A stretch of 62,494 nt of DNA from Octopus bimaculoides (lineage: Eukaryota). The position numbers and the translations under genes were made by a program. The DNA lies in contig NC_068990.1 of assembly GCF_001194135.2 (NCBI RefSeq), forward strand, positions 14,826,644 to 14,889,137, written 5' to 3'. Shown here piece by piece: positions 1 through 10,900 of the stretch; the stretch's first letter is position 1, and every line of letters begins with the position of its first letter. The notes under the pieces are model-generated. The model was not told the DNA's origin. It saw nothing but the letters and a program-made list of their open reading frames with translations, and searched no databases.

Positions 1-49
<49 letters not shown>

Positions 50-538
50 ATATAGATAGATAGATAGATATATAGATAGATATATATACACACACACACA
101 ACATTGTATTTGATAGCTTATAAGACACACATAAATTTTATAATAATAATAATAATGAAATTATTGTGTATAGTGCTCGGGTGCACTACAACCCATCAAA
201 GGTGCATATACAGTGCATAGAATTATGTACAAAAGTCAGGAAAGTGAACAGTGTACGTGTCATGATATGCACGTGTGCATCTGAGAGGGATATCAGGTGT
301 ACTGTTGGTGATCCCTTTCTTGGATTACCATATGACATTAACTAAAACCTTAGCTTTGTGTTTACATACATACACGCACACATACGTTACTGACTTTTCT
401 TTTCATTCAATCCTTTTCGAAGAAGAGCGTATACTCAAAGCGTTAAAGACTTTTTCCAATTTTCCTGAGCTTCAGCCTAATACGATCTTTTCCTTTTGAC
501 CTTGTTTTCGTCTTTTAAAAAAACTTTCTAACATCTCT

Positions 539-621
<83 letters not shown>

Positions 622-728
622 GTGTTAGGTGTGATGTACAGAAATTGAATATTGAGAAAAAAAGTCGTCAGAATTTCGAAAAATAATCTTTTTATTTCTT
701 CATTATTATTAGCGCTTTCGTTTGCTTC

Positions 729-1620
729 NNNNNNNNNNNNNNNNNNNNNNNNNNNNNNNNNNNNNNNNNNNNNNNNNNNNNNNNNNNNNNNNNNNNNNNN
801 NNNNNNNNNNNNNNNNNNNNNNNNNNNNNNNNNNNNNNNNNNNNNNNNNNNNNNNNNNNNNNNNNNNNNNNNNNNNNNNNNNNNNNNNNNNNNNNNNNNN
901 NNNNNNNNNNNNNNNNNNNNNNNNNNNNNNNNNNNNNNNNNNNNNNNNNNNNNNNNNNNNNNNNNNNNNNNNNNNNNNNNNNNNNNNNNNNNNNNNNNNN
1001 NNNNNNNNNNNNNNNNNNNNNNNNNNNNNNNNNNNNNNNNNNNNNNNNNNNNNNNNNNNNNNNNNNNNNNNNNNNNNNNNNNNNNNNNNNNNNNNNNNNN
1101 NNNNNNNNNNNNNNNNNNNNNNNNNNNNNNNNNNNNNNNNNNNNNNNNNNNNNNNNNNNNNNNNNNNNNNNNNNNNNNNNNNNNNNNNNNNNNNNNNNNN
1201 NNNNNNNNNNNNNNNNNNNNNNNNNNNNNNNNNNNNNNNNNNNNNNNNNNNNNNNNNNNNNNNNNNNNNNNNNNNNNNNNNNNNNNNNNNNNNNNNNNNN
1301 NNNNNNNNNNNNNNNNNNNNNNNNNNNNNNNNNNNNNNNNNNNNNNNNNNNNNNNNNNNNNNNNNNNNNNNNNNNNNNNNNNNNNNNNNNNNNNNNNNNN
1401 NNNNNNNNNNNNNNNNNNNNNNNNNNNNNNNNNNNNNNNNNNNNNNNNNNNNNNNNNNNNNNNNNNNNNNNNNNNNNNNNNNNNNNNNNNNNNNNNNNNN
1501 NNNNNNNNNNNNNNNNNNNNNNNNNNNNNNNNNNNNNNNNNNNNNNNNNNNNNNNNNNNNNNNNNNNNNNNNNNNNNNNNNNNNNNNNNNNNNNNNNNNN
1601 NNNNNNNNNNNNNNNNNNNN
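729..1620. other. Assembly gap (N run)
   Basis: Other gaps: 7442-7847, 18763-19758, 21369-21418, 29584-29701, 34022-34158, 37078-37087, 58193-58495 and 59401-59845. Confidence 1.
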
Positions 1621-1665
<45 letters not shown>

Positions 1666-1704
1666 AGGTATTTAGGGCAAATCCCAGCTGTTTCCTCTTG
1701 GAGC

Positions 1705-1738
<34 letters not shown>

Positions 1739-2332
1739 ATTTGTGCAGGCTGTGTTTGGACACTGCTTTGAAAGGTTTCTAGTTGAACAAATCGTACTTG
1801 TTTTTTAAGTTTGATGCTTATTCTGTCGGGACACTATTTTTGCCGAACTGTTAACTTACGGAGGACGTTAACCATATATTCTTTTGAATTCAAAATCGTT
1901 TGTTAATTGATCAATGTAACGTATGGTACGTTGCATAAATCATTCATCATCTGATGAAGTCTGTATTGATTGAAACGATCTGCTAACTATAAAGGATTAT
2001 ATTCGCCATACATACATACATACATACATATATATATCGTAATGATGCTTAATGAGCATCTACCTGCTAGAAATAAGAGCCAAGTCTTAAATAATCCACC
2101 GTAGCGCACCAATATAACAGAGAAAAACAGTATGCGAGGAAAACAAACCGAATTAAAACATTTAACAACACAAATAAAAATATTAAGCAATTACGGATAT
2201 TCACAAACCAGGTTTCTGCTTTTGGTTATTCAACCTTGAGCTTCGTCATATATATATATATATATACACACATATATATATATATGCTTCAAGAAGAAAC
2301 AGCTGTGATTTGTCCTAAATACCTACATGATA

Positions 2333-2547
2333 TACTCTTTACTCTTTTACTTGTTTCAGTCATTTGACTGTGGCCATGCTGGAGCACCGCCTTTAGTTGA
2401 GAAAATCGAACCCAGGACTTATCTTTTGTTAAGCCTAGTACTTATTCTATCGGTCTCTTTTGCCGAACCGCTAAGTTACAAGGACGTAAACACACCAGCA
2501 TCGGTTGTCAAGCGATGTTGGGGGGACAAACACAGACACACAAAGAT

Positions 2548-2633
<86 letters not shown>

Positions 2634-2793
2634 GACGGCCTTCTTTCTGTTTCCGTCTACCAAATACACTCACAAGGCTTTGGTCGGCCCAAGGCTATAG
2701 TACAAGACACTTGACCAAGGTGCCACGCAGTGAGACTGAACCCGGAACCATGTGGTTCGTAAGCAAGCTACTTACCACACAGCCACTCCTACG
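2333..2793 (-). mobile_element. tRNA-derived SINE family B, full-length copy with an internal microsatellite
   Basis: Minus-strand head gtggctgtgtggtaag...ggttccgggttcagtc has Pol III A/B-box-like motifs; tail ...gactgaaacaagtaaaagag. Other minus copies at about 14045-14375, 14493-14710, 27374-27775, 42535-42875, 44675-45210, 57165-57525 and 62215-62440. Plus copies or parts at about 22715-22880, 25547-25870, 43522-43700, 44210-44450, 49955-50140 and 50805-50960. Confidence 0.85.
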
Positions 2794-3332
2794 TATGTAT
2801 GTATATAGTCTCAGATATCGTAATCGTTTGTAGCGTAAGATTTAAGGATTTACATTCTCCCGAAACCGGTTCTTATGTATCCTGTTGCTCCAATAATAGG
2901 TACGAGGCTGAAAGTGTTTCTTGGGTACTGGATTTGCAAACTCCTTATCAATGGTCCATAGAGATCTTTTTCTCTTTATTTTTTTTTAAAATCTACGCGG
3001 GAAAATACAGAAATTAAGAATATGGGGGAAAAAAACAAAACAAATTTTAATTTCAAATTCTTTAATGAAAAACTCCAAAACTGATCCACACCCCATCCTG
3101 CTGTCTAAAAGTGAAAATGAACGACTGTTTTGTCCGTTTCAGCATGCGTAGGTTTATAGTGAAACAGCAAAAGGACAACGGCATGTGAACCCCTTAGCAC
3201 GAAACTCAATATGCTAAAAGTAACAGCTAAATGTCAGGAGAATTTTTGTGTTTCTGTATGCGCGCGCAACAATTTCTACAGCTTGTCCGAATGAACAGAG
3301 AAAGTAGTACACAGAAATATATTTTACATACA

Positions 3333-4017
3333 GGGGATGAGATAAACAAATTGAAAAAATTAGATCCTCTTAGTTGAGATTATGCTGGCGACCGAAGAGA
3401 AGAAATTAACTACTCAGTCCGCAGGGAAGTGTCCACCATATTTAAACGGAAAACTACAAACCAGTTGTCACTTCTACAGGAACAGATGAAGAAGAAGTTG
3501 TAAGGAGGAGAGGCCATTGATATCGGCTGCTGTGAGTCAGTGATGTCACACCTGAATGCACACATTGCAAGGACAAGGCTCAGAGAAAGGCATCAAGATG
3601 TTCTCCTCCAGAAATTATTCAAACTGAAACAAGAGCAACGAATTGAGTCTGCTCCGCTGTTTCCTATCTTGAGTGAAAGCGAGGGTTCACAGAGAGTTCC
3701 TGTGAACAATAATGTACCACAGTCAAGTTCAAGTTCAGCTGATGGTGGAAGTGAATCTGTAACAACACAGAATAAAATCGACTCCAGTGTAACAGCACCA
3801 ACAAACACTTCTGCAAGATGGGATCATTTCTGAACCTGTTTTTACTGAACAAGTCTTAGTCAATCAGTGCCAAGATAACTATGAAAATGGTGGATACAGC
3901 CCAAAACTTCTTCGTTTGGATGAATTGGAGTTTGATGCCATTGTCTTTGATCCTGTGGATGATCTGAAGAAATTACAGCTAATTCGAGAACAGGTGTTAA
4001 CTACAGGTCGAGTCAAA
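3333..4017 (+). pseudogene. CACTIN: Disabled cactin gene fragment (mid-domain)
   Basis: Translation gives DEINKLKKLD...GDRREEIN...HIARTRLRERHQDVLLQKLFKLKQEQRIESAPLFPIL, then GGYSPKLL...DPVDDLKKLQL. This matches recalled cactin HMARARLRERHQDVLRQKLYKLKQEQGVESEPLFPIL and GRYSPRLL...EPDEDLQRLQL. In-frame stops at 3375 and 3501, and a frameshift near 3830. Confidence 0.85.
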
Positions 4018-4945
4018 TTGGATACCTGTCGTATACGTCGGTTTTGTTTTCTTGCATTAAAGGTAAACGATTCTGATAGAAGCAATTACTTCGCTGCCAA
4101 TTCAGTGGTTTAATCCCAACAAAATACTACAAGTTTAGTCACTGGTTCAGCGCCTATGTTTGTGTTGTTCATTCCAAAATAATCTGGTGAAAAAAAAAAT
4201 CGGAAAGATCAGTTTAGGGAGTGGGTGTGACAGTGCGCCAGGTCCCGCCTGTGTGTGTGTATATGTATGTGTGTATGTATTTGTGTGTGTATATATATAT
4301 GTGTGTATATATGTATATATATGTGTGTATATATATGTGTGTATATATGTATGTGTGTGTATATGTATGCGTGTGTATATGTGTGTGTGTATATATCTGC
4401 GCGTGTGGCGATAACAATGCATTATTTCCGAATCAATGGAACTACCTCTTGGTTAAATCTCTAATTTTTACAAGTGCACCTTAACCATTATTTTTTCTTT
4501 GCATATTCGTAATCTCCGATATCTAAATAAATCTTAGGATTCCGAAGAAATTTCAAAAAATGCATTTTTGAAGGTGAGGTTCGAAACTGCATTAGCACCA
4601 TTTCGGTAAATTTCTTTACCCATATTTTTAGATAACATTTTGCAGAAATATGTTTTCGAAAGTGTGGAATAAGTGAAAATGCTAAAGCTTAGTGGTAAGG
4701 AAGCCTGGACAGGACAGGTAAAGAATGATACAAAATTCTTAAAAAACAACAAAAAGAAAAACAAAAACGTTAGTGCTTGTGTGAAACAAGAAAAAGTATA
4801 ATATAATTTTTTCGGACTTCATAAAAATCACTGGATATATTAATCCCAGATTGCAGAATAGATCTGAAGGAAAAGTTTCACTTTGCTATTGCAGGTTTTC
4901 CTGTGCAACTTGTAATTGGGGTAACTTAATGCATTTCATTTTGAT

Positions 4946-5052
4946 GGGATGCCAGTGTGTCACAGAATGGGATGCCAGTGTGTCACAGAATGGGATGCCA
5001 GTGTGTCAGGATGGGATGCCAGTGTCTTGCAGGATGGGATGCCAGTCTGTCC
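4946..5052 (+). repeat. About 23-bp tandem repeat (5 units)
   Basis: GGGATGCCAGTGTGTCACAGAAT twice, then three shorter diverged units. Confidence 0.85.
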
Positions 5053-5246
5053 AGCTGAGTGGACTGGACCAAGGTGAAATGAAGTGTTTTGCTCAAGATC
5101 TCAGGAATTGAAACTACAATCTAGCAATATTGAGTCCAACACCCCTAACCACTAAGCCATGTGCCTCCACACATATCTGCTATATTTAACAAACTGTCTC
5201 ATCTGTGTTATTTTATGTTTGCTTTTCTCTTTTCTTTACAGAAAAT

Positions 5247-5316
5247 ATGAATAGCAAGATGTCACCAGTCTTACTCTTCCTCTTCTTCAGTTTATCCATT
5301 AATTTCACGAATGGAG
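5247..5316 (+). CDS. Chitinase coding exon 1 (signal peptide MNSKMSPVLLFLFFSLSINFTNG)
   Basis: A pyrimidine tract and acceptor (tttctttacag, ending 5241) precede the ATG at 5247. The peptide is hydrophobic and signal-like. Donor G|gtaaga is phase 1, matching exon 2. Confidence 0.85.
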
Positions 5317-7866
5317 GTAAGAATGATGTGCTCTTTCTTTCTTTCTATCATCATCATCCTCATCATCATCATCACCACCACCATTATCATCATTATCACC
5401 ACCCCCACCCTCACGACTATCATCATCATCACCCTTTAATATCTGTCTTCCATGCTGTAATGGCCTGGATGCCCTTTCTAATACCAACTATTTTAAAGTT
5501 TGCTGGGTACCTTTTTTTTTATAACACCAGCTCTAGTGAGGTTGCCATGTAGCTTATAAGACTAAGATCTTCTTTGACAATGCAGAAAGGCAGTAGAAAG
5601 AAGGATTTCTATTGATGCAGACCATCACCACAAGTTTCCATTGATCCCTTCAGGGTTAGTAATGTACCAGTCCAGTAGTGGGTTATATTCTTATCACTCC
5701 CTGTTTCTCTCTGGGCTGTAGCTTTAATTAAAAGGTCCCTCCTTCTCAGATCATCATGTCCCAAACTGATTTGGCCTGAAAATTGCAGTATATGCATACA
5801 TATCCATGAAATGCTCAGTTGCTTATATGCAAACTTCTTGAGTAACGAGTTCAGTTGGTGAGCAGATGACTGTTTAATTTCAAGAGTAATGGAGAATCTG
5901 CAATCTTACATACATGGGAGTGCTTAAAAGTTCCTGGTTCCTGGCTTTAAGGGTACCACGAAAGGCCTGGCTGGAGGCCCAAACTTCCGAGTTCTTTTAC
6001 AGGGTCTTAGAAAAACTGAAGGACCACTGCAATAAGTTTGTGAATCTGAGAGGGGGAATATCATCATCGTTTAATGTCCAATTTCCATGCTGGCATGGGT
6101 TGGATGGTTTGACAGGAGCTGGCCAGGCAGGGGGCTATGCAGACTCCAATTGTCTGTTGTGGCATGATTTCTATGGCTGGATGCCCTTCCTATTGCCAAC
6201 CACTTTACAGATTATGTTGGGTGCTCTTTTCATGCCACTTGCACCAATGCATTTACACAGCACTGGCACAAGTGCATTTTATGTGGCACCGGCACCTGTA
6301 AGGAACAAGCCTGTATGTATAGATAACAGTGATGTTACTTAGCATGATGCATCTCATCAAGCACAGCAAATCGCCACATCTCCTGGTCCCTTGTCATTTC
6401 CTCAGTGAAGCCTAGCATCCGTAGATACTTTCTCACCACTTTGCCTCACTTCTTCCTGGGTCTACCCCTTCCACAAGTTTCCCCTACAGTTAGAGCTCAA
6501 TACTTCTTTATGCAGCTGTCCTCATATTCCTGATATTCAGCATGTTCCCCCGAGTGGGGAACATCTTGAATGCAATTATACTTAACTGATTCTTTTGTAT
6601 TTTCTTTCACCCAAAACCAGGAACTTTTCAGCACCCTCTCATATACGTATATTTCTATCTAAATGGTATTGTGGATTTAGAAAAGAAGAAACGCTGAAAA
6701 CAATATACCCAACACATGCACTTTAAACAACAGGTGCATTGTTAATTTTACAGTCAAACTTCAAACAGGCTTTACACCACATATTGACACTTCTGTTTAC
6801 ATCAAATGTTGTCTGTGTACCTCACGTTATTTGACCAAGAATTATTTTATTTAAATAGTTGCACCTATTTAAATACCTTATGATATACATGCACTTACTA
6901 CACACACACACATACACGTTCACGAACACACACACACACACGTTCACAAACGCACACACTCTCATGTGTATGTATGTGTGCTTGTTCGTATAGATATGTA
7001 CAGATACCGAGTCCAGATACACAGCTGTGTATTTGGGTTTGTGTGTTCCTTTGAATACACAGACACTCAATCAAGATACACTGCATCCTTTAAAAATTCC
7101 ATGCTTTCTGAAAGTTACCAACATTACTCAACTTTGCCTTTCATTCTTTCAGGTTCAATAAAATAAGTACTGGTCGGGGGGGTCAATGTAATTGTAAAAT
7201 AAGCACTGGGGTCAATGTAATTGACTTGCCTGTTCTGTTAAAAAAAATTGCTGATCTTGTGCCTATAGTAGAAAGGATCATCATCACCACCACCACTGTC
7301 ACCACCGCTGCCGCTGCTACCACCGCCATCACCACCACTGCCACCACCACCGTCACCACTACCACTGCCGCCACCATCACTGCCACCGCTGCCACCACCG
7401 CCACAACCACCACTGCTCCCACCACCACCGCTCCCACCACCNNNNNNNNNNNNNNNNNNNNNNNNNNNNNNNNNNNNNNNNNNNNNNNNNNNNNNNNNNN
7501 NNNNNNNNNNNNNNNNNNNNNNNNNNNNNNNNNNNNNNNNNNNNNNNNNNNNNNNNNNNNNNNNNNNNNNNNNNNNNNNNNNNNNNNNNNNNNNNNNNNN
7601 NNNNNNNNNNNNNNNNNNNNNNNNNNNNNNNNNNNNNNNNNNNNNNNNNNNNNNNNNNNNNNNNNNNNNNNNNNNNNNNNNNNNNNNNNNNNNNNNNNNN
7701 NNNNNNNNNNNNNNNNNNNNNNNNNNNNNNNNNNNNNNNNNNNNNNNNNNNNNNNNNNNNNNNNNNNNNNNNNNNNNNNNNNNNNNNNNNNNNNNNNNNN
7801 NNNNNNNNNNNNNNNNNNNNNNNNNNNNNNNNNNNNNNNNNNNNNNNATATATATATGTATGTATG

Positions 7867-7905
<39 letters not shown>

Positions 7906-10900
7906 TCATCATCATCATCATTTAACGTCTGCCTTCCATGCTGGCATGGGTGGGATGCACACGTATGCACATGCTCTTCCTTCCATATATTCACAATACA
8001 ATAATGAGGAACAGCTAATCATTAAAATTCTTTGTGAAATTCCCCTGTAATTATGACAACATATTTACTGTAATCCCTAACAAAAAAAGGGTATATTTTA
8101 GTGTATTTATAAACATAAATATATAGCTAAACACATTTGTGTGACACATATAGATTACTTACAGCTGTCTCCCAACTAATTGCTTTGAGGTTCGTATTCA
8201 TTCACCAGCACTAACACCAGTTGTAAATAAGTACAATGGGGTACTTATTTCACTAAATAGCTCAGTTTAAAATGACTAATAACATTGTATAATTTAATGC
8301 CGTATTTTCCAACATACAAGCTGACCTGATATAAAGCGTGAACATACAGTGTTAAGTCGTAGAGTAAACATTCCAGCATCATTACTATCTATCTAAATAG
8401 TGTTGCATTTCAGGTGAAATTTTCAGTCTTGCAATGCTGTCATGATGTATAAATTGACCTACTTTTCTTGAATATGTGTTTTGGTCTAAAGAATTTTACC
8501 TGCTAGAAATATCAACCAAATTCCTTCAAATCACATTTTTTTTTTTTTTTTTTAAGCCATAATCATTGCTCACAGGCTATTGTAACCTAGTAACATGAAT
8601 CATGCTTTTGCTGATTGTTTGGTGTCTTTGAAGTAATGTGTGGGTAGACGTCCTTGTAGCTTTTCATCTTTGATCCAGTGGAACATTGTGGATATGACTA
8701 CGAGGGTGAGAAAGAGAGGAGAGGGGGAGGGGGGTGAGAGGGAAGGAGAGGGTGAGAGGGAGGGAGAGCAAGAGGAGAGGGAGAGATGGAGAGATAGGTA
8801 GAACAAGAGAGAGAGGGAGAGCAACATATGTACACTTTCTCTGTAGCTTCTCATTCTGTTTTCCAGGAAAATCAAAATACATAAGTGCATGCTACTATAC
8901 CAATTGGTCTCCAGTGAAGCAGGAAGCAAAAGCTCGCTTATTTCCTGAGAATTTGCCTGGCAACTTGTGTACGCATCTTATGTATGCGTTTGTCAAAATC
9001 AAAGATGATTTATCCATATATACATCAGAAGAAAAAGATCTTACCGGTAATTATGAGAAGTTTAATGCACTTAAGAAAAAGTACAACACCATTACATTAC
9101 TTTCAGTCGGTGGAGAGGCTGCTGAAAACAGACACTTTGAAATGGTATCAGCAACAGCGGAAAACCGAACAAAATTTGCTGATAATATTATTAATTATGT
9201 ACGGAAGTACAATTTTGATGGAATTGATATTGATTGGGAATATCCAAATTCTGTTACAAAACATAACTTCACTTTGCTTCTAAAGGTAAGGAGTCTTTCT
9301 CATTTCTTTTATTTTAACTGCTTCATAGTTACTTATTCTATTGGTCTCTTTTGATGAACCACTAAGTTATGACAGTGTAAACAAACCAGCTCTAGTTGTA
9401 AAGTAGTGGTAGAGTGAACTGGTACTTCTTAGGTCAGGATGAAGTGAGAGTACCAGGATCTGGTCAACAGAACAGACTGCTCATGAAAATTAATGTGGAA
9501 GTGGCTGAACACTCCACGGACACATGCATCCTCTAGATGTAACCATAGAATATTGACTCAAGAAACCCATGCCAATGTGAAAAAAGCTGACATTAAAGTA
9601 AATCAAGCTTTTTTTTCCCCCCATCAGTAAGTAAATGGAAATTTACTATGTGGTGAGTGGATTGCAAGAGAAATCTTGAGAAGAACTCTTGTCAAGCAAG
9701 CATTTCAGCTTTTAGTAGCAGAGGCTCTAAAGGAGCCAGGCCCACTTGGGTCATGACTCCTAAATGTTGTCTTGTTGTTTATGAAATACTGCCTTTAGTG
9801 GGACTTGAACATGGATCCTTTGGCTGATCTTATTTCCATGAACTGTGGTGCATATTGCTCAGCCACATAGACCGCCGCAAGAACTTGCAATGTGGATCTG
9901 TTTCTAACTGGGTTTCCTTCCAACTATGTTTACTAGTTTACAGTCTTTCTTTTCAGCTTCAGCAAACATCTCTCTTTGCCTGTATCCACATTGAGCTTTT
10001 TTTCTCAGCTGATTCTAACAGGCATTTCATTGTCACTGTTCTTTTGCTTCAGACAGTAATATAAGTTATGAATGAGCAACATTGACTTTGGTGTATGGCT
10101 GTGTCTGCACCAATAAATTTAGTTATAGATACAACAACCCTTAGTGTCTGTGTAGCTGTTCATAAGACCTGGTCAATATCTGTATGGACATCTACACTGG
10201 ACTGTGTGAGCATATCCATATGCATGTATGACAGTTACTTTAGAATATGTCTGTATGTGTTTGTAGGTAGATGAAGGGTACCATTGTTCTCTCCAAATTT
10301 TGTGCACTACATGTACACATGTTTTGTTGTCAGTACATAAGAAATTAAAATGTGCATGAAAGGTAAGCTACTTAAAGTAACAAAGCAATTAATAATTATA
10401 CTTATCATACACTGATCATGCACATACTTTTGTCCCCCATTGTACCCCATAAGATTCCAGTACATGCTGACAACTACAAATTAACACCAGTTCTGTCAAG
10501 TGTCATTAATCTTAGGTTCTGTGATTTTGAAATAAATGCTTGTTTTAGTTGCTTGCAAGAAAAAAATATTTTTAAATATGTTTTATTCTAATTTCTTAAG
10601 ACATTAAGAGATTCTATTGAGAAAGAAGTAAAAATATCAAAGAGAAACAAGTTGGTATTATCAGCTGCAGTTGGCGTTGGTAAACAACGTATAACAAATG
10701 GTTATGAAGTGGATAAAGTCTCTGAGTAAGTTTTTATCATTGCCTTTATATTTTAATTAAACATGTCACTAGTCTTTTTCTTTTTTTCTTTTTAAGTTAG
10801 TCAAAGAAAGTGTCAGTCACATTTGCCTCCTCCTCTCCAAGACTTATGAGATTAATGTGATTGATGTTTGCAGTTTAGTTGTGAAAATAAAACAACAAAA

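Noticed and set aside
585-1782. Long ORFs made of X, also at 7226-8050, 18621-19848, 33952-34322, 58091-58550 and 59270-59889
   Set aside because: They are artefacts of translating N gaps and adjacent microsatellites.
2476-2714. ORFs with [16 protein letters not shown], poly-His or poly-Asn tracts throughout the window
   Set aside because: These are translations of (TA)n, (TG)n, (CAT)n and (AAT)n microsatellites and SINE bodies.
7226-7441. Thr/Ala-rich mucin-like ORF in chitinase intron 1
   Set aside because: It is an (ACC)n microsatellite following a SINE tail. There is no suitable acceptor, and exons 1 and 2 join in frame without it.
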